Positions 1-8,723 of a DNA stretch of 52,140 bases are shown here, piece by piece. The notes beneath the pieces are model-generated. The model was not told the origin of the DNA. It ran no database searches and worked only from the letters and a program-made list of their open reading frames with translations. Made by a program: the position numbers and the translations under genes. The stretch comes from Desulfurococcales archaeon (GTDB taxonomy: Archaea; Thermoproteota; Thermoprotei_A; Sulfolobales; Desulfurococcaceae), in the NCBI GenBank assembly GCA_027064845.1, contig JAMOPC010000159.1, positions 1 through 52,140 of the forward strand. The letters are read 5' to 3'. Numbering within the stretch: position 1 is the first letter of the stretch; each line of letters opens with the position of its first letter.

Positions 1-244
1 GGATATTTTCTTTGTTTTCCGCATAATTTGTATCTAGCACCATGTAAACACCATCGCTCCATTTAACTAAGTAGCCAAGCTTAGTCATTGTAACTAGGAT
101 TCTACCAGCTGTTTTTGGGCTTATACCGAGCTCGTATGCAACCTCGTGTACTCTAATAAATCTCTTTCCCCGGTCCCTAAACCTCATAGCTAGAAGTCTT
201 AGATCAATAGTTATTGTTGCAGTGTATTTGTTCTTTTTCCTCAT
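1..244 (-). CDS. Small winged helix-turn-helix protein (runs off the window edge; absent from the ORF track)
   Basis: Manual translation from ATG at 244: MRKKNKYTATITIDLRLLAMRFRDRGKRFIRVHEVAYELGISPKTAGRILVTMTKLGYLVKWSDGVYMV..., with HTH pattern 'EVAYELGISPKTAGRIL' followed by a wing. Confidence 0.7.
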   Translation of the reverse strand, partial: MRKKNKYTATITIDLRLLAMRFRDRGKRFIRVHEVAYELGISPKTAGRILVTMTKLGYLVKWSDGVYMVLDTNYAENKENI

Positions 245-350
245 AGCTCTCTCCTCGTCATAGAATAGGGCCTTATTTAAATAACCGGGTCCTAGGCGAA
301 ACTAAACAACCTAATTATCTAATGAATATATCTGGAGACATTCTTAGTGC

Positions 351-401
351 TCAGGGCCAAGGAACTTCTTCACTTATCTGCACGGAGCCGATGCTCATCA
401 T
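351..401 (-). ncRNA. Box C/D guide sRNA
   Basis: Minus strand: C ATGATGA - GCATCGGCTCCGTG - D' CAGA - TAAG - C' TGAAGA - AGTTCCTTGGCC - D CTGA; intergenic, canonical spacing. Confidence 0.8.
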
Positions 402-458
402 CGCTTCCAAGAAGAATAAGAATTATTAAACTCCTTGATATAAACGTATTGATAGAGT

Positions 459-560
459 GCCGGGGTAGCTCAGCCTGGTAGAGCGCCGGGCTGTTAACCC
501 ACGGGTTCGAGGAGCCTGGCAGACACCCGGTGGTCCGGGGTTCGAATCCCCGCCCCGGCG
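459..560 (+). tRNA. tRNA-Asn(GTT) with 28-nt intron (497-524) at 37/38
   Basis: GCCGGGG/CCCCGGC acceptor, CCGGG/CCCGG anticodon stem, GTT at 493-495, GTTCGAATC T-loop; BHB with CTGT:GCAG helix and TAA/ACA bulges. Confidence 0.95.
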
Positions 561-647
561 CTTTTCCTATTAATTCTCAGTTACATTTATATCCCTCCAT
601 AAGCGATTTCATAGGTGATGTAAAATAATTGTTTATAGGTGTTGTAA

Positions 648-857
648 ATGGCTCCTATAGAAGTGTTTAGTAAGGAGGAGTTCAAGAAATATGCTGAGAA
701 GGCAATAGAGTGTAGAATATACAGAGATCATAAGAGATCAATAGCCAAGATCAAAGCTAGGACTAAGAAAAAACTTATAACGATAAAGATACCATTAGAT
801 CAGCTCGAATCCTTCTTATCTGATATAAAGTGCGAGAATATTGTTGAAATTAAGTAA
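648..857 (+). CDS. rpl38e: 50S ribosomal protein L38e
   Basis: 69 aa basic protein with 'AKIKARTKKKLITIK' pattern resembling eL38. Confidence 0.75.
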   Translation: MAPIEVFSKEEFKKYAEKAIECRIYRDHKRSIAKIKARTKKKLITIKIPLDQLESFLSDIKCENIVEIK

Positions 858-865
858 ACATTATT

Positions 866-2155
866 TTAGGCTTCTAGTTTAATTTCTTCACCGTTACTTG
901 GTGTATAAATATTTATGTCTTTTCCAAGGGCTTCTCTAGCCATACTCGCTAGCTTCGTTGTTGACTCGGGTTCACCATGTATGATAACTATGTTCTTCAA
1001 TACATGTTTGTAGCGGAGCATAATTGATAATAAACCATCCTTGCCTGCATGACTCGACAAGTCAAACCATTCAAGCCTAGCTCTCATTTCCTCAATTCCT
1101 AGTTCTTCGAGTTTCCCTTTCTCAAGCAATATATGGCCAGGGGAATTTGGTGCTTGATAGCTTACTAAGAATACCGCGTTCTTAGGGTTATCGCTTATTT
1201 TCTTAAGATAATAAACACTTGGTCCTCCTTTGAGCATACCTGCTGAGGATATTATAACACTAGGTGTTTTCCATGCTTTTCTCCTATCACTCCATCCTCG
1301 TATGAAGAATGTGTTTTCCACAGCTTTTTGGAACATAGCTGGGTCTCTTAGGAAATTCTTGTATTTTAAATAAATATTCGTGATATCACGAGACATCCCG
1401 TCAACATATATATTTACATGTGGGAGTTCTGCTTGTACCAAGCACATTACTTCTTGTGTCCTACCAACGCTAAATGCTGGTATTAATACTGTTCCTCCAC
1501 TATCTATTACCTCTTCTATAGCATCGATCAATCGTTTCTCGCTCATATGGCGTGGAGGATGTTTTGTTGAACCATATGTGGACTCTATTATTAACGTATC
1601 TATCTTTATAGGCCAGAGCTGTGCTCTGTTCAGTGTCCATGTCTGGATTGTGTTAACGTCACCAGTATATAGTATTCTATGACCGCTGGGTGTTTCGAGA
1701 TAGATCATTGAACTGCCAAGTATGTGGCCAGCATCAGTGAATAATAATGTAAATTCCCCTGCTTCTTCTTCAACACCATATTCCATGAACTTGGCTTTGG
1801 TAGCCATTGTTTCAAATTCTCCTATATCATAATCAACATAGTAAGCGTTTAGTTTGAGAAAGTCATTAATTAATAACTTCCCTATATCGAGTGTTGGTTT
1901 TGTAACATATAATGGTGGTTTGCCGGTAATATATAAGAGTGGAGCAGCTCCTATATGGTCAAGATGTGCATGTGTAATAGCTATGCCTGATAAGTCTATT
2001 GGGCGGACGTGGAGAGGAAATTGTGGGTGATCTTCTTCATCGAAGTTAACACCATAATCGAGTAAGAAGTACTTGTTCTTATCAATAACTAAATATGCTG
2101 CACGACCTACTTCTTGTCCACCGCCAAGGATTTTTAAAAACACCATTCTCCTCAC
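866..2155 (-). CDS. beta-CASP metallo-beta-lactamase ribonuclease (aCPSF2-type, no KH domains)
   Basis: Motifs THAHLDH, AGHILGS, YTGD, ESTYG, VGRTQE, SSHAG, HGE. Confidence 0.9.
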   Translation of the reverse strand: MRRMVFLKILGGGQEVGRAAYLVIDKNKYFLLDYGVNFDEEDHPQFPLHVRPIDLSGIAITHAHLDHIGAAPLLYITGKPPLYVTKPTLDIGKLLINDFLKLNAYYVDYDIGEFETMATKAKFMEYGVEEEAGEFTLLFTDAGHILGSSMIYLETPSGHRILYTGDVNTIQTWTLNRAQLWPIKIDTLIIESTYGSTKHPPRHMSEKRLIDAIEEVIDSGGTVLIPAFSVGRTQEVMCLVQAELPHVNIYVDGMSRDITNIYLKYKNFLRDPAMFQKAVENTFFIRGWSDRRKAWKTPSVIISSAGMLKGGPSVYYLKKISDNPKNAVFLVSYQAPNSPGHILLEKGKLEELGIEEMRARLEWFDLSSHAGKDGLLSIMLRYKHVLKNIVIIHGEPESTTKLASMAREALGKDINIYTPSNGEEIKLEA

Positions 2156-2288
2156 ACGCTATTATTATCCTTTTGATCGTTATTGACAAGTATTCTTATT
2201 TGCAAACCAAATTATATATCCTAACTATATCAATTAAAGTATGTGAGGAGAATCATAGATAACGGAATGCTTATATGGTGTATGTAAA

Positions 2289-2642
2289 ATGTTTCCTGGA
2301 ATGAGTCCTAGAGAATTAAGACGTGCACTAAAAAGGCTCGGTATACAGGTAAACGAATTAGAAGACGTCAAGGAAGTACAGATCATCTTGTCGGATAAAA
2401 AGATAGTGATTGAGAAACCCCAGGTTCTTGAAATGAAATCTGCTGGCCAATCTATTTTCCAAATAATAGGTACTCCGAGAATTGAAGAATTAGAAGAAAC
2501 AATAGAGGTGTCCGAAGAAGATATAGAATTTGTTATTTCTCAAACAGGTGTATCAAGAGAAGAGGCAAGGGAAGCTTTAATAAAAGCAAAAGGTGATTTA
2601 GCTGAAGCAATACTTTACCTAAAAGAAAAAGGCAGTGGGTAA
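2289..2642 (+). CDS. nac: Nascent polypeptide-associated complex protein
   Basis: NAC domain plus C-terminal UBA-like 'EDIEFVISQTGVSREEAREAL..GDLAEAI'. Confidence 0.95.
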   Translation: MFPGMSPRELRRALKRLGIQVNELEDVKEVQIILSDKKIVIEKPQVLEMKSAGQSIFQIIGTPRIEELEETIEVSEEDIEFVISQTGVSREEAREALIKAKGDLAEAILYLKEKGSG

Positions 2643-2695
2643 AGTTAAAGAATTTATTACGTAAAATTATTTGCGATTATTTAACTGGTGGGATT

Positions 2696-5263
2696 TTGAA
2701 ATATAGTACAATTGGTAATGTTTATAGATTGTTTGACCAAGAACAAGTGGGAGAACTCAATAAACCAGCTTATCTCCTCAACGTATATTATGACGGAAGT
2801 ATTGGTAAAGCAGTTCTTGTTTTTTTGGATGAGAGAGGCGATAAACTATATTTTATACCGGATCCTATGGGGCATAAGCCATATTTCCTTACTAACGAGT
2901 CACCTGAACAAGTACAGTCAAATAGGAAGATAGTTGATCACCCAGGTTTTGATAGTATAGAGACTGTTATTAAAATAGATCCTTTTACTATGAAAGAAGT
3001 AAGGCTAACAAGGATCGTGACAAAGGATCCATTAAGCGTGGCTAAACTCAGAGAATATGTTTCCAAGGCATGGGAGGCTAAGATAAAGTATCATGACAAC
3101 TACATCTATGATTTCCAATTAATACCGGGCATGAGGTATGTTATTAAAAACATTGGTATGAAAAAAGTATTCAAAATGATAGAGCCAGAGATATCTCCAG
3201 AGACAATTAATAAGGTTAGAAGCATTTTTAGTAAAGAAGCTAAAGAAACAATCAAGCTAGCCGAAGAATGGATACCATTATTCGAGGAAACCCCACCAAA
3301 AGCTAAGCGTTTAGCAATTGATATAGAAGTATATACTCCTTTCAAGGGACGAGTTCCTAACCCTAAACTTGCTGAATACCCTATAATTAGTGTTGCATTA
3401 GTAAGCAATGATGGATTAAATAAAGTCCTCGTTTTGGGGAGAGAAAGTACATGGGGAGAAATACCTCCCGAATATCCCTATAAAGCAGAGATAGAAGTAT
3501 TTGACTCCGAAGAAGCATTAATATATGAAACCTTTAGGATCATTACCAAGTATCCTCTTGTGATTACTTTTAATGGTGACAACTTCGACTTACTCTACCT
3601 ATTTAACAGAGCACTACGAATAGGAATACCTCGAGAACACATACCTTTCAAGCTTGGAGAAGACATCGTCAGAATAGAAACGAGTATTCACATAGATTTA
3701 TACAAATTCTTCAAGAATAGGGCTATTAAAAGCTATGCTTTTGGAGGAAAATATCAGGAAGAAAACTTAGACTCTATAGCTTCAGCTCTTCTAGGCATAT
3801 CAAAAATAAGTGTTGAAGGAAATATAGGAGAACTCACTATATCAAGACTAATCGCTTACAACTACAGAGATGCAGAGATAACACTTATGCTTACAACATT
3901 TAATAACGAACTTGTTTGGAGGCTTATGATACTATTATCGCGTATAGCGAAAGTAGGAATAGAAGACGTATGTAGGAAAAGTATATCGAAATGGATACAA
4001 AACCTATTCTACTGGATACATAGAAAACTCAATTACTTAATCCCAGAACCTGAAGACATATGGAGGCATGGCAAAGCCAGTACTACGCAAGCCACTATAG
4101 AAGGAAAGAAATATGCTGGAGCTCTCGTGATAGAGCCTCCCAAAGGAATATTCTTTAAAATAACAGTTCTTGACGTAGCATCTCTGTATCCGAGCATTAT
4201 TAAAAAATATAACTTAAGCTACGAAACGGTCGACAGCAATACTTGTAAAGAAATAATAGATGTAATCGATGAAACAGGTAGAAAAATCCACCACGTATGC
4301 ATAGATAGGCCTGGATTAACAGCGCAAATAACGGGTTTGCTCAGAGATTTCCGTGTAGGCATTTATAAGAAGAAAGCCAAGTCGAAAGAAATACCCTTAG
4401 AGCTACAGACATGGTACGATGTTGTACAAAGAGCTATGAAAGTATTCATAAATGCAAGCTATGGAGTTTTCGGTGCAGAGAACTTCCCACTATACTCGCC
4501 AGCAGTTGCGGAAAGTGTAACGGCTCTAGGGAGAAAATCTCTTTACTCTATACTAAAGAAAGCAGCAGAAATCGGTGTCAAGGTAATATATGGTGATACA
4601 GACTCTATATTCTTATGGGCGCCTACAAAAGAACAATTAATGAAACTCCAAGAATGGGTATCTAAGACCCTAGGATTAGAGATTGAAGTTGACAAGGAGT
4701 TCACATACGTATTATTCACTGGTTTAAAGAAAAACTATATTGGTAGATATGTTGATGGTGGTATTGAAATTAAAGGACTAATGGCTAAAAAGAGGAATAC
4801 ACCAGAATTCCTAAAAGAACTATTCACAGAACTTATAGAGAAGCTAAAAACTGCTCAATCCCCGGAGGACTTTATATTATTCAAGAACTGGTTAGAGAAA
4901 GAAATCAAGAACTTATATACTTCTTTAAAGAGGAAAGAGATAACTCTAGACCAATTAGCTTTTAGAGTTGGTTTAACTAAGAAACTCGAAGAATATACAA
5001 AGAACAAACCGCCCCACGTCAAAGCGGCTTTGCAACTAAAAATGTATGGATACACTGTTGAAGAAGGAGATATAATAACATATGTTAAGGTAAAGACACG
5101 TGATGGATACAAAGCTATTCAATTAGCTAAACTCTATGAAATAGATCCTGATAAATATATTGAGATAATTAGTAGTGCTCTAAGCCAGTTATTAGAAGCA
5201 TTTGGTGTACAATGGGATGATATAATAGGTGGTACAAGGCTACGAGAAATTAGTATAATCTAG
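2696..5263 (+). CDS. polB1: Family B DNA polymerase B1
   Basis: Exo motifs DIEVYTP, FNGDNFD, YNYRDA; polymerase motifs DVASLYPS, KVFINASYG, YGDTDS intact; resembles crenarchaeal Dpo1. Confidence 0.95.
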   Translation: MKYSTIGNVYRLFDQEQVGELNKPAYLLNVYYDGSIGKAVLVFLDERGDKLYFIPDPMGHKPYFLTNESPEQVQSNRKIVDHPGFDSIETVIKIDPFTMKEVRLTRIVTKDPLSVAKLREYVSKAWEAKIKYHDNYIYDFQLIPGMRYVIKNIGMKKVFKMIEPEISPETINKVRSIFSKEAKETIKLAEEWIPLFEETPPKAKRLAIDIEVYTPFKGRVPNPKLAEYPIISVALVSNDGLNKVLVLGRESTWGEIPPEYPYKAEIEVFDSEEALIYETFRIITKYPLVITFNGDNFDLLYLFNRALRIGIPREHIPFKLGEDIVRIETSIHIDLYKFFKNRAIKSYAFGGKYQEENLDSIASALLGISKISVEGNIGELTISRLIAYNYRDAEITLMLTTFNNELVWRLMILLSRIAKVGIEDVCRKSISKWIQNLFYWIHRKLNYLIPEPEDIWRHGKASTTQATIEGKKYAGALVIEPPKGIFFKITVLDVASLYPSIIKKYNLSYETVDSNTCKEIIDVIDETGRKIHHVCIDRPGLTAQITGLLRDFRVGIYKKKAKSKEIPLELQTWYDVVQRAMKVFINASYGVFGAENFPLYSPAVAESVTALGRKSLYSILKKAAEIGVKVIYGDTDSIFLWAPTKEQLMKLQEWVSKTLGLEIEVDKEFTYVLFTGLKKNYIGRYVDGGIEIKGLMAKKRNTPEFLKELFTELIEKLKTAQSPEDFILFKNWLEKEIKNLYTSLKRKEITLDQLAFRVGLTKKLEEYTKNKPPHVKAALQLKMYGYTVEEGDIITYVKVKTRDGYKAIQLAKLYEIDPDKYIEIISSALSQLLEAFGVQWDDIIGGTRLREISII

Positions 5264-5363
5264 CTCAACGAGTCCTTGATCACCATAATAGTTTATAATA
5301 CTTTTATTTTATCTAAGAATAGTGAGCCTATATTTAAGAGGTAAAAGTACCAAGGTGAAACAA

Positions 5364-5651
5364 ATGCCCAAGAAGAGAGAAAGTAGAGGAAGACATAAAG
5401 GTTCGAAAGGAAAAGTTGATGTAGTACAATGTGATAACTGTGGTAGGCTTGTTCCAAGAGACAAGGCAATATGTGTTACAAGATGGTACAGCCCCGTGAA
5501 TCCACAGCTTGCTCGTGAGCTCGAAAAGAAGGGAGCAATAATTATGAAATACCCAGTGACTAAGTGCTATTGTGTATCATGCGCGGTTCATTTCGGTATA
5601 GTGAAGGTTAGGCCGGAACATGAGAGGAAACCTAAGCCACAGCCAATATAA
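5364..5651 (+). CDS. rps26e: 30S ribosomal protein S26e
   Basis: MPKKRESRGR...CDNCGRLVPRDKA...CVSCAVH; start moved to the ATG after SD AGGTGA. Confidence 0.95.
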   Translation: MPKKRESRGRHKGSKGKVDVVQCDNCGRLVPRDKAICVTRWYSPVNPQLARELEKKGAIIMKYPVTKCYCVSCAVHFGIVKVRPEHERKPKPQPI

Positions 5652-6114
5652 ACAAATATTATTCATAGAGTACAATCCTTATTTTAACCGCATAGATATC
5701 ATTAAAAGAATAATCTATCTCTCCAAGTTTTTGGAAACAATTAAGAAAGTAAGTATATTATTCTTCAATCAGAGCAAACATAGTTATTATTTAGTTGACA
5801 TTATAAAAGGTAATTATTCAGCTTTACCAACTAATTATTATGAAGCAATAAAACGTTTTATGAGAGAATGTAAGTCTATATGTATTATGGATGAAAATGG
5901 AGAAAATATATTTAGAGAAGAAAAAAGCTGTGATTGTATAATATCGGGGCTACATAGCGATATTCCTTCATCAACTATTGATTATATTGAGAAATACCTT
6001 ACTATATACAGAGTAAAGCTATCAAATATAAGCTATTTAGCTACACAAGTTCTTTTAATAATAGATTTTCTTAATAAAGCACAGAATATCCTCTATCTCC
6101 TCCCAAAACTATAA
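5620..6114 (+). CDS. Divergent SPOUT-fold (TrmY-like) protein
   Basis: C-terminal half 'IMDENGENI...IISGLHSDIP...VKLSNISYLATQV' follows the SPOUT/TrmY knot motif order; start uncertain, overlaps S26e. Confidence 0.5.
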   Translation: MRGNLSHSQYKQILFIEYNPYFNRIDIIKRIIYLSKFLETIKKVSILFFNQSKHSYYLVDIIKGNYSALPTNYYEAIKRFMRECKSICIMDENGENIFREEKSCDCIISGLHSDIPSSTIDYIEKYLTIYRVKLSNISYLATQVLLIIDFLNKAQNILYLLPKL

Positions 6115-6146
6115 AAATACGCGATTATTATACTCTATCCATTGAG

Positions 6147-6476
6147 GTGTTGTTGATGCCTAAAGTAAAGAAGATAATACTAGTTACAGCAACTCATCAC
6201 CCTTATCATAGCTTATGGAAAAAACTAGCAGAGGAAGTAGCTAATAGGCATGGTATTGAACTAGAAATACGGTATGAGGACTACGTCTTCCTCATTGAGC
6301 ATGGTGATACAGATGAGTATGGAATGGCTTGGGTACCACAAATACTAGCCGAGTTTGATGATGGTTCAATAAAAGTACTGTTATCACAGCTCCCACTAAA
6401 TGAGGCTTTACAGCCAGATCCGGAAAAGGCTCTTGAGATTATGGAGGAAAAGATAAAACAGTATGAAGGGCAGTAA
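6147..6476 (+). CDS. Hypothetical protein, probable thioredoxin-like fold
   Basis: beta-strand 'IILVTA' then HHPYH at the CxxC position, later 'WVPQIL' cis-Pro-like motif. Confidence 0.55.
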   Translation: MLLMPKVKKIILVTATHHPYHSLWKKLAEEVANRHGIELEIRYEDYVFLIEHGDTDEYGMAWVPQILAEFDDGSIKVLLSQLPLNEALQPDPEKALEIMEEKIKQYEGQ

Positions 6477-6577
6477 GACTGATACTAATTGTATAAAAAC
6501 ACTAGCAAAATATTAAGCACAAATTTGTTTTTATATTAACTGGGATATCCTTTACTAGTCAAGGTGAAGCCATAAGT

Positions 6578-7063
6578 ATGCCTTATCATGTTCCATACGT
6601 GCCTACGCCTTTGCCTGTTGTTCGAGCTATGTTAAAACTTGCTGAAGCAGGACCAGACGATATTGTTTACGACTTAGGTTGCGGGGATGGGAGAATATTA
6701 ATAATTGCTGTAAAAGAATTTGGCGTAAAGAAAGCTGTCGGAATAGATAGGGATCCTAATAGAATTAACGAAGCTTATAAAAATGCTAAAGATCACGGTG
6801 TATTAGACAGAATATTATTGATAAACGATGATTTCTTTAACGTTGATATAAGCGAAGCAACTATTGTTACACTATTCTTACTCACAATAGTAAATGAAGC
6901 TCTTAAGCCAAAGTTTGAAAAAGAACTACATGATGGTACACGAATAGTTAGTCATGAATTCAGGATTCCGGGTTGGAAGCCACGAAAAGTTGTTGAAGTA
7001 AGAGATCATAACGGCTTATCTCATACTATTTATTTATATGTAAAAGGTAAGCATAAGTACTAA
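6578..7063 (+). CDS. Archaeal protein-lysine methyltransferase (aKMT, Dot1-related)
   Basis: 161 aa; HVPYVPTP, YDLGCGDGR, 'LKPKFEKEL..GTRIVSHEF' closely resemble Sulfolobus aKMT. Confidence 0.85.
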   Translation: MPYHVPYVPTPLPVVRAMLKLAEAGPDDIVYDLGCGDGRILIIAVKEFGVKKAVGIDRDPNRINEAYKNAKDHGVLDRILLINDDFFNVDISEATIVTLFLLTIVNEALKPKFEKELHDGTRIVSHEFRIPGWKPRKVVEVRDHNGLSHTIYLYVKGKHKY

Positions 7064-7081
7064 CTGTTATTGTTAATTTAG

Positions 7082-7858
7082 TTAAACAATTTTTCTAGCG
7101 AATACTATGTATCCAGTGTGGCCTATCATAAATGTTTTTGGTCTAGTAGCTCCTTCCTCAGCAAGGTATTCTCTTAACAAGACTTCATATACATGTATAT
7201 CTATGAACTTATTAGATATCTTCATTGACACAACAGTTTTTTCTACTTGATTAACAGTAGGCACGTATATCAGGATAGGCATTGATGGTTTTAAGGCACG
7301 GTATGCTGTTTCAAGCGCATTCCATGGGTCCGGTAAGTCATAGAACACAGCATCAAATACTTCTTCTTGAACAATTGATGAATCCCTAATATCTCCTAGT
7401 ACTAGCTGAACCTTATCTATTAACCCTGCCTTTTCTAGGTTATGTTTAGCAATCTCTAAATGTTCTTTCCTAATGTCAAATCCTATAATTTTTCCTCGAT
7501 TACTTATGAAGTTTGCAAGTGATATTGTTAAGAAGCCTGTTCCAACACCTGCTTCAAGTATTTTTGAGTCAGGATTTATGCTTGATAAGTATATCATTAA
7601 TGAGGAGTCTTTTGGGTAAATTATTTGTGTGACCCTATTAATTGCGTGGAGATAATCTATGAGTAATGGTTTTAACAAATATGCTTTAACGCCTTGACTT
7701 GTATATATGTGTTCACCGTACCTCTTACCTACAATGTCATTGTGTTTTATATACCCTTTATCTGTTCCTAGTATATTATTCTCCGTTATTCTAATAGTAT
7801 ATATTCTCTTTGGATCAATGTATATTGTTACAATATCTCCGTAGTCGAGTTTTTTCAT
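7082..7858 (-). CDS. trmI: tRNA (adenine-57/58-N1)-methyltransferase
   Basis: TQIIYPKD, EAGVGTG, DLPDPW, YVPTVNQV, GHTGY. Confidence 0.93.
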   Translation of the reverse strand: MKKLDYGDIVTIYIDPKRIYTIRITENNILGTDKGYIKHNDIVGKRYGEHIYTSQGVKAYLLKPLLIDYLHAINRVTQIIYPKDSSLMIYLSSINPDSKILEAGVGTGFLTISLANFISNRGKIIGFDIRKEHLEIAKHNLEKAGLIDKVQLVLGDIRDSSIVQEEVFDAVFYDLPDPWNALETAYRALKPSMPILIYVPTVNQVEKTVVSMKISNKFIDIHVYEVLLREYLAEEGATRPKTFMIGHTGYIVFARKIV

Positions 7859-7870
7859 AATAGATCATCT

Positions 7871-7925
7871 TCGGTCCTGGTGTCAGTCATCATCTCGTAT
7901 CAGTAATACCAACCATCCACATCCT
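7871..7925 (-). ncRNA. Box C/D guide sRNA, probably targeting 16S rRNA around the 530 loop
   Basis: Minus strand: degenerate C AGGATGT - GGATGGTTGGTATTA - D' CTGA - TACGAG - C' ATGATGA - CTGACACCAGGA - D CCGA; guides complementary to recalled crenarchaeal 16S TCTGGTGTCAG...TAATACCAGC. Confidence 0.8.
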
Positions 7926-7956
7926 CGTATGGGTATATTATATAAAGCTTTAATTT

Positions 7957-8451
7957 ATGTTTTCTTTAAGGGTGAAGTATTTAATGAATAAGGAAAAACC
8001 AATGTATTTAATGAGTATTCGACCCAAATATGCTTACAGAATATTCACAGGTATTAAGAAGTTTGAGCTGAGAAAATGGTTTGGAGTAATTCCTGAAAAG
8101 AGATCTATAATTATAGTTTATGCTAGTGGATCAGTTAGAGCTATTATTGGTGAATTTACTGTTGGGAACATTATCATCGGTAAACCTAGCGAGGTTTGGG
8201 ATAAGCTTTCTAAATATGAAAGTATAGGGGTTGGTAACGAAGATTATCAATATATTAGAGGATCGAAAACAGCTATGGCTTTAGAGGTAGTGGATCCTAT
8301 CCTATATGTTAAGCCAATCACCCTTGAAGAACTAAGATCCATAATCCCTGGTTTTATGCCTCCATTTAGTTTTAGGAGATTATCACCCGATGAACCCTTG
8401 TATGAATTAATAATTAAGAAGGCACGAAAACTAGTGAAGCAAGTTTCTTAA
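7957..8451 (+). CDS. ASCH/PUA-like domain protein
   Basis: 'LMSIRPKYAYRIFTGIKKFELRK' ASCH signature (GxKxxExR); start probably a later Met. Confidence 0.8.
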   Translation: MFSLRVKYLMNKEKPMYLMSIRPKYAYRIFTGIKKFELRKWFGVIPEKRSIIIVYASGSVRAIIGEFTVGNIIIGKPSEVWDKLSKYESIGVGNEDYQYIRGSKTAMALEVVDPILYVKPITLEELRSIIPGFMPPFSFRRLSPDEPLYELIIKKARKLVKQVS

Positions 8452-8478
8452 AAACTCTTAATTGGAAGTACTATTATA

Positions 8479-8655
8479 TTAAAATTCAGATTCTTTTACC
8501 CAAAGTTCTTTCTTTAATAAATCCCTAATAGCTACGCGTATAACCTCGCTTCTGCTACTATATCTTCCAATTTTTACTAGTTCGTCTAATCCTTCGACAT
8601 ATATTTCAGGCATTTTTACTGTTATTAGCCTCATTCTAGCGATTGCGCCTGCCAT
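8479..8655 (-). CDS. Ribbon-helix-helix transcriptional regulator (CopG/CdrS-like)
   Basis: [10 protein letters not shown]...[25 protein letters not shown]; start at ATG after GGTGA SD. Confidence 0.85.
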   Translation of the reverse strand: MAGAIARMRLITVKMPEIYVEGLDELVKIGRYSSRSEVIRVAIRDLLKKELWVKESEF

Positions 8656-8723
8656 CCAAATCACCGTTGTATTAATAGTAACATAAAAATTTAAAAAGGA
8701 GAAGGCGTTTAATCCATTATTGA

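Noticed and set aside
503..510. GGGTTCGA T-loop-like motif inside the tRNA-Asn intron, suggesting a nested or permuted tRNA
   Set aside because: It simply pairs with GAGCCT as the intron stem; the real T arm is at about 536-552
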